A DNA stretch of 64,000 nucleotides, from positions 6,787 to 70,786 of the forward strand of contig CALUQH010000017.1 in assembly GCA_944322885.1 (NCBI GenBank), given 5' to 3'. A program made the translations under genes and the position numbers. The DNA is from Candidatus Gastranaerophilales bacterium (GTDB lineage: Bacteria; Cyanobacteriota; Vampirovibrionia; Gastranaerophilales; Gastranaerophilaceae). This document shows, one piece after another, positions 56,239-64,000 of the stretch (the first letter of the stretch is position 1; the number at the start of each line of letters is the position of its first letter). The notes under the pieces were generated by a model. It was not told where the DNA came from and did not search any database. It saw nothing but the letters and a program-made list of their open reading frames with translations.

Positions 56239-57085
56239 TAATATCAGTTAAATCCACCTTAATAGTTACAGGCATACCCTGACGCAAGTATTCATCTATA
56301 TCATAAATATAAACTCTTATACGATAAACCAGATTTGTTCTTATATCTGTTGATTGGACGGTCTTAGGTGTAAATTCCGCAACAGGAGAAATATATCCGA
56401 CCTGACCTTTGTATTCTCTTTTATTGCCTGTTTTGGGATCAGTTGTGTCTGTGTAAACTTTTACGGTTTGTCCGTATTTGATGTTGCCTAAATCTGTTTC
56501 GTTAACATAAGCACGCACCCATACAGGTTTTGTTTTTGCCATTGTGTAAACCGGCTGGCCTTTAGATACATTTGCTCCCAGTTCCTGAACTCTTATCATA
56601 ATTATTCCTTCTTCCGGTGCATAGACTTTTGTATAATCCAGCTGGTTTTTAGCAAAATTTTTCTGTGCAACTGCGCCGTCATAATCAGCTTTTGATTTGT
56701 TTTTTGTGTTCAATAAGGTGTCATAATCCTGTTTTGAAATCGTATTATCCTCAACCAGAGGCGCTTGACGTTCAAATTTTGATTCGGCATCGTTTTTCAG
56801 GGCAAGTGTTTTTTCAACATCGGCCTCTGCCTTTTCCAGATTTGATACATAATCCTTATCATCTAGAATGGCTATTAACTCACCTGCTTTTACAGTATCG
56901 CCTTCTTCTTTCAGCATTTTTTCAATCTTGCCCGCTACCTGAAAACTTAAATCAACCTGCCGGATTTCAATGTTGCCGTAAAGCGTAAGTTCATTTTCTG
57001 TTTTACGGTTTTTAAAATACAAAAATCCTAAAGTCCCGCAAACGATTAAAACTAATAATATCAAAACGATTGCTTTTTTCTTCAT
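56225..57085 (-). CDS. HlyD-family periplasmic adaptor (YbhG-like)
   Basis: LYGNIEIRQVDLSF, WVRAYVNE, GYISPVAEFTPKTVQS..RTNLVYR. Confidence 0.92.
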   Translation of the reverse strand: MKKKAIVLILLVLIVCGTLGFLYFKNRKTENELTLYGNIEIRQVDLSFQVAGKIEKMLKEEGDTVKAGELIAILDDKDYVSNLEKAEADVEKTLALKNDAESKFERQAPLVEDNTISKQDYDTLLNTKNKSKADYDGAVAQKNFAKNQLDYTKVYAPEEGIIMIRVQELGANVSKGQPVYTMAKTKPVWVRAYVNETDLGNIKYGQTVKVYTDTTDPKTGNKREYKGQVGYISPVAEFTPKTVQSTDIRTNLVYRIRVYIYDIDEYLRQGMPVTIKVDLTDITPHP

Positions 57086-58407
57086 AATTGACCTCCGACG
57101 GCTTTATATAATGTGAAATAATTTACTATTCTCTGTGTTTTTGCCTGTGCGTAATTTGTTTGCGTATTTATAAATTTATTTTCTTCTGCCAGATATTCAG
57201 GCTCGGAAATAACTCCTTGTCTGAGTTTTTTTTGTGCGTTTTGGAAATTCTGTGTTTCATAATTAAGCTCTGATTTTGTATTATTCTCTATTTGTTTATC
57301 ATGTTTGATTATACAAAGCGATGTATTAACTTCTTTGACAGCCTCCAAATTCGTCTGATTATAGTCCTCAAAAAGTTCTTCATACTTTGCTTTTTGAATT
57401 TTTAAATTTGCAACCTTCATCCCGCCTTTAAAAATATCCTGCGTTGCACCTGCTAAAATTGCTGCAAGTGAAGATTCCCATGAAAAAAATGTCCCGGGTG
57501 CTATGGTATTAAAAGCCCACACGCCGACAATATTAAATCTCGGGAAAAATTCTTTTTTAGCAACTCTTACATCAATTTTTGCTTTTTCAAGATTTGCCTC
57601 TGCCATTTTCACATCAGGTCTTGCAAAAATTACATCAGAACTTATTTCGTCAGGGATTTTGCCGGAATATTCAAAACTTTCCAAATCTCCTACCTTCATA
57701 TCAGCAATATTTGAGGAAGAATTCCCTGTCAAAACCGCTAGCTGCATCATTGCTGTTTCGCGTTCCTTTTGTAATTTTTCGAGAGAACTTTTGCCTGCTT
57801 CTACACTTTTTTTAGCATTATTCAACTCAGTTAAACTTATAACTCCGCGTTCATATTTTTTAATGCTTCTGTTTAAAATTTCTTCCTGATTTTTTACAAT
57901 TTTTGTTTGTCTTTCAATCAAATCGTCATACTGCAGAATATTTGTATAAACAGTTGCGACATCGGTTAAAAGTGCTAAATAAATTGTTTTTTCATTAAGT
58001 TTTGCAGCCTCCCAGCTTTTCTTTACCGATTTCGTTTTATCCCTGTTTTTCAAAAGTAAATCTGCCTCATAACTTGCCATAAAAGGAAGTATAAAAGCAT
58101 TATCTTTTAATTGAAAAGTGTCCAGTTCAGGAACTTTTATCCCAAGATAATTTGCGCTGACACTGAATGAAGGGAGTTCTTTCCCCAGAGAATATTTTGT
58201 CTGCTGGCGGTACTGTTCAACAACATAACCGGCTTTTTTTAAGTCATGGTTGTTATTCAACGCATCCTGAATATAGCAGTTCAAGTTTTCATCGTTAAAC
58301 CTGTTAAAAAATTCAATATTCAATTCCTGAATATCAACCGCAAAGCAGCTTTGTGCCATAAACAGCAAAACTAATACAAGGAGCAGTTTTTTAATCCTAA
58401 TTTGCAC
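57082..58407 (-). CDS. TolC-family outer membrane efflux protein
   Basis: Signal peptide, ALNNNHDLK, ARPDVKMAE, FFPRF, LYKAVGG. Confidence 0.9.
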   Translation of the reverse strand: MQIRIKKLLLVLVLLFMAQSCFAVDIQELNIEFFNRFNDENLNCYIQDALNNNHDLKKAGYVVEQYRQQTKYSLGKELPSFSVSANYLGIKVPELDTFQLKDNAFILPFMASYEADLLLKNRDKTKSVKKSWEAAKLNEKTIYLALLTDVATVYTNILQYDDLIERQTKIVKNQEEILNRSIKKYERGVISLTELNNAKKSVEAGKSSLEKLQKERETAMMQLAVLTGNSSSNIADMKVGDLESFEYSGKIPDEISSDVIFARPDVKMAEANLEKAKIDVRVAKKEFFPRFNIVGVWAFNTIAPGTFFSWESSLAAILAGATQDIFKGGMKVANLKIQKAKYEELFEDYNQTNLEAVKEVNTSLCIIKHDKQIENNTKSELNYETQNFQNAQKKLRQGVISEPEYLAEENKFINTQTNYAQAKTQRIVNYFTLYKAVGGQL

Positions 58408-59044
58408 CCTCCTTTATAACACTTTTAATATAAAGTTTTACATTTTCTTTTATAATTTTAATATCTTCTTCACAGAAGTCATCCTGCCCGAGAGGTCTAA
58501 GCGAGAATGCCGGAAGAATACGCGGAGAATTTACCTGAGAAAGCATGAAGAGAGTTTTAAATATAACAAGCCTGTCATTAACATCTTTGTTTAAAACTCT
58601 TGCAACCACAGCTCTCATATAATCCAGAACCGGAGATTTGACTATAAAATCGGGTTTTTGCTGTTCTTTTAACAGCAAAACTATTAAATCCGAAGAAATA
58701 TTTGTATAGAAAAAGTCAACGAATTTTTCGGATATAACCATTAGCAAATCAGCACATTCATCAATGCTCATACTTTTGGGATTTTTATTCAAATCAAGAA
58801 AATTTTTGGAGTATTCAATCTGTTTTTCAAGGAGATTTTCGATAATACCGTTGTACAATTCTTGTTTTCCGCCCCAGTAATATGAAATCATGCAAAGATT
58901 TACATTAGCTTTTTTGCAGATTTCTCTGATGCTTGTTCCGTCAAACCCCTTTTGTGCAAAAAGCTTTGTTGCAGCCTCTAAAATTCTTGTTTTTGAATTT
59001 TCATCTTTTTCATTATCATAGACCATAATGTAATTATAAAACAA
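58397..59044 (-). CDS. TetR-family regulator (CecR/YbiH-like)
   Basis: ILEAATKLFAQKGFDGTSIREIC..ANVNLCMISYYWGGKQELY; heads the efflux operon. Confidence 0.88.
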   Translation of the reverse strand: MFYNYIMVYDNEKDENSKTRILEAATKLFAQKGFDGTSIREICKKANVNLCMISYYWGGKQELYNGIIENLLEKQIEYSKNFLDLNKNPKSMSIDECADLLMVISEKFVDFFYTNISSDLIVLLLKEQQKPDFIVKSPVLDYMRAVVARVLNKDVNDRLVIFKTLFMLSQVNSPRILPAFSLRPLGQDDFCEEDIKIIKENVKLYIKSVIKEGAN

Positions 59045-59057
59045 ACGTTTGATTTTG

Positions 59058-61565
59058 TCAATAATCCTTCAAAAATCTTCCGGTAATGCTGTTTGAATTT
59101 TTTGCTATTTCTTCAGGTGTGCCTGTGGCGACTATTGTTCCGCCCTCTTCTCCGCCACCGGGGCCCATATCAATTATATAGTCAGCATTTTTAATCACAT
59201 CTAAATCGTGTTCAATAACAATAACAGTAGCGTTGTTATCAATAAGCTTTTGAAATACCGCGAGTAATGACTGTACATCTAACGGGTGTAAGCCTATTGT
59301 AGGTTCATCAAAAACAAAAACTGTATCTCCTTGTTTTTTACTCATTTCGGATGCCAGTTTTAAGCGCTGTGCTTCTCCGCCTGAAAGACTCGGGGTTGCT
59401 TCTCCCAGTGTAAGATACCCAAGACCCAGATCTTTTAATACCTGTAGTCTTTGTTTTACCTGATTTAAATCTTTGCAGGCCGAAAGTGCGTGGTTTATAT
59501 CCATTGACATAAGCTCCGGCAGGGAATATTTTTCTTTGGATTTAGATGTATATTTAAGATTTTCTGCCTGTTTTGAATATCTCGAACCTCTGCAGTCGGG
59601 GCAGGGTATGTCAACATCGGGCAAAAATTGGACATCAAGACTTATACTTCCTGTTCCGTCACATGTCGGGCAGCGCAGGGCTCCTGTATTATAAGAAAAA
59701 TCACCGGCTTTGTAATCTAATTCTTTAGCGGTTTGTGTTTTTGCAAAAATTTTTCTGAGTTCATCATGAACATTAGCGTAAGTCGCAACCGTTGAGCGGA
59801 CATTAATGCCGATTGGAGTTGCATCTATAAGTTTTACCTGTTTAATTCCATCGGCATTTATACTTTTTATGTGTTCGGGAAGTTTTTTACCGGATATTTT
59901 ATTTTGTAACGCCGGAATTAAACTTTCAAGAATCAGTGTTGTTTTGCCTGAGCCTGAAACTCCCGTTACCACGGTAAGTTTTCCTTTAGGGATGCGTACA
60001 TCTAACGGTTTGACGGTGTGAACAGATGATGTTGAAAGATTAATTTCACCGTCTGAAAATATATCAGAACTGTTTATCTTTGTCCTTATTTGTTTGTTAT
60101 TATTTCCTGATAAAAAAGGACCGATTTTAGAAGCTTGATTTTTTACAATATCAGAAATTATTCCCTGTGTAATAACTTCACCGCCGTCTGCGCCGGAATC
60201 TGGGCCGAGTTCGATAATCCAATCGGATTCTGATAAAATTTGCGTATCGTGGTCTACAAGCACTACGGAATTTCCATCCTCAACAAGATCATGCATTACT
60301 GTGTTTAATCCTTTAATGTTTGCCGGATGCAGGCCAATTGAAGGTTCATCCAGAACATATAGCACGCCTGTTGTTCTGTTTCTGACTGAACGGGCAAGCT
60401 GCATTCTCTGCCTTTCTCCTGTTGAAAGTGTTGAGGATGCTCTGTCAAGAGTCAGGTATCCAAGTCCCAAATCCATTAATCGTTTTGCGGTTGTTTGAAA
60501 AGATTCGCAGATTGACTCGGCCATAGGACGCATTTCTTCGGGAAGAGAGGAAGAAACGCCGTTTACACATTTTATGAGTTCTGATAATGTCATTGTGCAG
60601 GCCTGATCAAGAGATATTCCGCAAAGTTTTGGAGCTCTTGCTCTTTCTGAAAGACGTGTTCCGCGACAGGCAGGACAGATATCTTCTTTGAGGAATTTTT
60701 CTACACGCTTCATTCCTTTTTCATCTTTTACTTTTTTCAGGGCATTTTCTACTGTGTACACGGCATTATAGTATGTAAAATCAATTTCTCCTGCCTGATT
60801 TGTATTTTTTGCCTTATAGAAAATATGCTTTTTTACTGCAGGGCCATGAAAAACTATATCCCGTTCTTCTTTTGTCAATTCACGAAACGGAACATTAGTT
60901 CGCACACCCATTTCACGGCATACATCGGTCATTAAAGACCACATAAGAGAGTTCCACGGGAGAACGGCCCCTTCATCAATTGTAAGCGATTCATCAGGAA
61001 CAAGAGTAGATTCATCAACTGTTCTGATTGTTCCGACACCTCCGCAGTGTTCGCATGCACCTTGACTGTTAAAAGCAAGTTCTTCGGCTCCCGGAGCATA
61101 AAAATGTATTCCGCATTCAGGGCATACAAGTTCTTTTTCGGCGGCAACAAGAAGCGTCGGCTCAAGATAGTGTCCGTTCGGGCATCTGTGGTTTGCAAGA
61201 CGCGAATACATTAAACGCAGACTGTTTAAAAGTTCCGTCCCTGTTCCGAATGTGCTTCTGATACCAGGGACACCCGGACGCTGGTGAAGTGCAAGAGCTG
61301 CCGGAACATATAAAATCTCATCTACCTGGGCTTTGGCTGCCTGTGTCATTCTGCGTCTTGTGTATGTCGAAAGTGCCTCAAGATATCTTCTTGAACCTTC
61401 TGCGTATAAAACACCCAGTGCGAGAGAAGATTTCCCCGAGCCTGAAACTCCTGCAATCCCTACAATTTTGTTAAGCGGAATATCAACATCAATATTTTTT
61501 AAGTTATGAACTTTTGCCCCGCGAACAATTATTTTATCAGGCTTTAATACGTTGTTATTCTGCAT
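59058..61565 (-). CDS. UvrA paralog (short class II/UvrA2-like)
   Basis: GVSGSGKSS, LSTGERQR, LDEPSIGLH, GVSGSGKT, LSGGEAQRLKL, Zn fingers; 835 aa and apparently lacking the UvrB-binding insertion. Confidence 0.85.
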   Translation of the reverse strand: MQNNNVLKPDKIIVRGAKVHNLKNIDVDIPLNKIVGIAGVSGSGKSSLALGVLYAEGSRRYLEALSTYTRRRMTQAAKAQVDEILYVPAALALHQRPGVPGIRSTFGTGTELLNSLRLMYSRLANHRCPNGHYLEPTLLVAAEKELVCPECGIHFYAPGAEELAFNSQGACEHCGGVGTIRTVDESTLVPDESLTIDEGAVLPWNSLMWSLMTDVCREMGVRTNVPFRELTKEERDIVFHGPAVKKHIFYKAKNTNQAGEIDFTYYNAVYTVENALKKVKDEKGMKRVEKFLKEDICPACRGTRLSERARAPKLCGISLDQACTMTLSELIKCVNGVSSSLPEEMRPMAESICESFQTTAKRLMDLGLGYLTLDRASSTLSTGERQRMQLARSVRNRTTGVLYVLDEPSIGLHPANIKGLNTVMHDLVEDGNSVVLVDHDTQILSESDWIIELGPDSGADGGEVITQGIISDIVKNQASKIGPFLSGNNNKQIRTKINSSDIFSDGEINLSTSSVHTVKPLDVRIPKGKLTVVTGVSGSGKTTLILESLIPALQNKISGKKLPEHIKSINADGIKQVKLIDATPIGINVRSTVATYANVHDELRKIFAKTQTAKELDYKAGDFSYNTGALRCPTCDGTGSISLDVQFLPDVDIPCPDCRGSRYSKQAENLKYTSKSKEKYSLPELMSMDINHALSACKDLNQVKQRLQVLKDLGLGYLTLGEATPSLSGGEAQRLKLASEMSKKQGDTVFVFDEPTIGLHPLDVQSLLAVFQKLIDNNATVIVIEHDLDVIKNADYIIDMGPGGGEEGGTIVATGTPEEIAKNSNSITGRFLKDY

Positions 61566-61637
61566 TTGAACTCCCCGAACACCTATTTTACAAATAAATT
61601 ATAACATGTAATATTTATTATACATATTGATAAAGTT

Positions 61638-62333
61638 TTATATAATTTCTGTTTTTAATTCTTTTTTCCACTGCCAATAAAAGTAAATTGCGAGAATAAA
61701 ATATACCCCCCACATTAAAACCGTTGAATATGCTCTTGTACCATGGATTACAAGATTTAACCACATAACAAAACAAAGTCCGTTGACAAATATCCATACA
61801 ATCCACTGTTCTATAGCACGTTTAACCGTCAAATACATCCCGAGAATTGATAAAAATGTTGTAATTCCGTCAATTACAGGACTTTTGTCATTGAAGAAAT
61901 TTAACAGTATTACTGATATTAGACAGCCGATAATCCCGATACCAGTAAGTATCAGGCGTTGTTTATTCTTTAACCTTATTTTTATTATTTCGCCGGATTC
62001 TTTTTTAAGATGTTTTTTCCATCGAAAAATTCCGAGAATCTGCATCGGGATGTAATACAAAAGGTAAAGAAGCATATTGCCCCAGAGCGCGTTCATAAAC
62101 GAAAGATAAATATAGCACCCCGAACCGGTTAATCCGAAAAAATAACAGGAAATTTTTCCTTTTCCCGCAATAATTGTATATAAAATACCGCATATTGCAT
62201 TGATAATTGCGGCAGGACTGTCTTTTAAGACAAAAGCATTTACCAGAATTATTACAAGCACAACTGCCAAACCTACAATTTCAAATGGTTTCCAGCCCTG
62301 CAATTCTTTTGTTAGAAATTCTGTGATTTTCAT
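61638..62333 (-). CDS. pnuC: Nicotinamide riboside transporter PnuC
   Basis: AGKGKISCYFFG, DGITTFLSILGMYLTVKRAIEQWIVW. Confidence 0.85.
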   Translation of the reverse strand: MKITEFLTKELQGWKPFEIVGLAVVLVIILVNAFVLKDSPAAIINAICGILYTIIAGKGKISCYFFGLTGSGCYIYLSFMNALWGNMLLYLLYYIPMQILGIFRWKKHLKKESGEIIKIRLKNKQRLILTGIGIIGCLISVILLNFFNDKSPVIDGITTFLSILGMYLTVKRAIEQWIVWIFVNGLCFVMWLNLVIHGTRAYSTVLMWGVYFILAIYFYWQWKKELKTEII

Positions 62334-62358
62334 TATGAGCATTGTATAATGAATTTAC

Positions 62359-63309
62359 ATGAAAGTACAGGCGATTTATAATAACAAAATTTTAAAAAAA
62401 GGATTGGAATTTGCCTCAGATAACAGTTCATTATTTGTTGCAACAGCTTCCCTTGCACTTTCAACAGTTGCAAGACCGATTGCAATAATGGCAACACCTG
62501 ACACTAATATAGAAAACAAAAAATATGCCTGTGCAAAATCACTTGCATCAAGTGCCGTCGGCTATTTTTTAATGCTTGCGGCTTCTTCTCCGGTAGCCAA
62601 AGCTGTTAAAAATATTGATAAAAGACCTTACAAATATTTAAAAAAATCTACGGTTGAAAATTTAAAAGCAGGTGCAAACAATCTGAAATCTTCCGGAAGA
62701 TACAAATTTGCAACACAATTATTCAAACTCGGTCTGGGCTTTTTAATTGCTGTTCCTAAATCAATAATGACCTGTTCTTTAATTCCGCCTTTCATGTCAG
62801 TTCTGTTTAACAAAAAAACGTATGATGAGCAGAAAAATAAAAAAATATCATTCACAGGCAGCGGAACAAAAGGTCTTTCCAAATTAATCGGAAAAGCAAT
62901 GGACACATCATTTGTCCAAAAAATGTCAGAAAAATTTCACAACACGAATTTTGAACAGCATATAATTTCTCTGACAGACGCTGCTGCAACAACGGCATTT
63001 ATAACTCAAACCGCACACAGCTCAAAAATTGAGCAGTCAAGAAAAAAAGCTCTTATGTACAATGCCGCAATTTCAACAGGACTTTGTATTGCAGGCGGCT
63101 ATGCAATCAACGGAATGCTTAACAAACCCACAGAAAAATTCATTAAGAATTTTTCAGAAGCAAACAAAAATTCTCCAAAACTCGGCAAATATATAGATGG
63201 AATAAAAGTTGCCAAGCCTGCTTTAATTCTCGGCGGAATTTATTATATAATTATACCTTTAATATCAACATTTCTCGCAGACAGGGTTGATAAGAAAAAT
63301 ATTCAATAA
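62359..63309 (+). CDS. Hypothetical membrane protein
   Basis: 316 aa with several moderately hydrophobic helices in two halves. Confidence 0.75.
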   Translation: MKVQAIYNNKILKKGLEFASDNSSLFVATASLALSTVARPIAIMATPDTNIENKKYACAKSLASSAVGYFLMLAASSPVAKAVKNIDKRPYKYLKKSTVENLKAGANNLKSSGRYKFATQLFKLGLGFLIAVPKSIMTCSLIPPFMSVLFNKKTYDEQKNKKISFTGSGTKGLSKLIGKAMDTSFVQKMSEKFHNTNFEQHIISLTDAAATTAFITQTAHSSKIEQSRKKALMYNAAISTGLCIAGGYAINGMLNKPTEKFIKNFSEANKNSPKLGKYIDGIKVAKPALILGGIYYIIIPLISTFLADRVDKKNIQ

Positions 63310-63313
63310 CGGG

Positions 63314-63973
63314 TTATTGATATTTTGACGGTTCTTTTTTTAGTTTTTCAACGGTTTTTTGCTGGTTTCTTATATATACGCTGTTATTGATATTTGCAGG
63401 ACGCTTTATAAGAGTCCAGAGCTGGCCTCCGCTAAGTTTTTTACCTTCCAACCCTTTTTCTTCTATACGGTGTTTTAAATAAGCTTCGACATACTTAAGC
63501 TGTTTTTCACGCGAAAGTTTGCAATATTCTCTATAAGTACATTTGTTTTCTACTCGCAGGCTGTCAAAACTTGTTTTATCCATTTGGATTAAGCCTGTAT
63601 ATTTTCCTGTACTGTTTTTAACTTGTGGGTCAAAATGAGATTCTCCATATATAATTGCACAAAGATCTTCGGGTTTACAATTTAATCGTTTGGCGGTTGC
63701 TTCAATTTCTTTAAAAAATTGTAATGAAATATTCGGATCCGGCTTATATTTGTTCTGCTTAACCTTTGCTTCCGCTTCCATTACATTGCGCCAATCCTCA
63801 CATAATTTTAAAATTTTGGGTGATGCAGAATTAGTATCATATACTTCAGAATTATTATTTTTTTTAGTGGTATTTATTTTATCCCACAGACTGATTTTCA
63901 TCCAATCTGCATTAAATGTTTTATTCAAATTCAGTTTGAAGTTTTCTAAATAGTTTGTTTCAGGGGCTTTCAT
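63314..63973 (-). CDS. Lytic transglycosylase (SLT-like) domain protein
   Basis: DLCAIIYGESHFDP..N..GKYTGLIQM; start near the window edge, uncertain. Confidence 0.75.
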   Translation of the reverse strand: MKAPETNYLENFKLNLNKTFNADWMKISLWDKINTTKKNNNSEVYDTNSASPKILKLCEDWRNVMEAEAKVKQNKYKPDPNISLQFFKEIEATAKRLNCKPEDLCAIIYGESHFDPQVKNSTGKYTGLIQMDKTSFDSLRVENKCTYREYCKLSREKQLKYVEAYLKHRIEEKGLEGKKLSGGQLWTLIKRPANINNSVYIRNQQKTVEKLKKEPSKYQ

Positions 63974-64000
63974 CGGCGGACGCCATTGGATTTTTTTGTC

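Overview
A 64-kb, AT-rich bacterial chromosomal segment. Inferred (not proven) to be from a non-photosynthetic cyanobacterial relative such as Melainabacteria/Gastranaerophilales: it is diderm (TolC) with a CtpA protease, an SLH protein, Mini-RNase III and many lineage-type hypothetical genes. Housekeeping genes include crcB, an EndoIV-like nuclease, metG, aroB/aroK, ctpA, der, mrnC, tdk, a XerC/D recombinase, engB and eno, plus three tRNAs (Ala-TGC, Ala-GGC, Met-CAT). It also holds a two-component system, a convergent CDP-3,6-dideoxyhexose cluster (rfbH, rfbS/rfbE-like, YerE-like ThDP enzyme), a TetR-TolC-HlyD-ABC (ybhGFSR-like) efflux operon and a UvrA paralog. Best candidate for an undescribed system: a DUF559 (Vsr-like) endonuclease gene inserted in the efflux operon. 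It is bracketed by inverted copies of a 39-50 bp GC-rich palindromic element, and four more copies lie in-frame inside neighbouring genes and add peptides, i.e. a REP/RAYT-like arrangement with a non-HUH nuclease. Second: a duplicated module of an unannotated ~50-aa ORF divergent from a C-protein-like XRE gene, with two tandem operators 25 bp apart; one copy has a single in-frame TAA. Third: five sigma28/sigmaD-like promoters, all in front of genes of unknown function. No CRISPR array, rRNA or IS transposase was seen. All family assignments come from motif recognition by eye; no database search was run.
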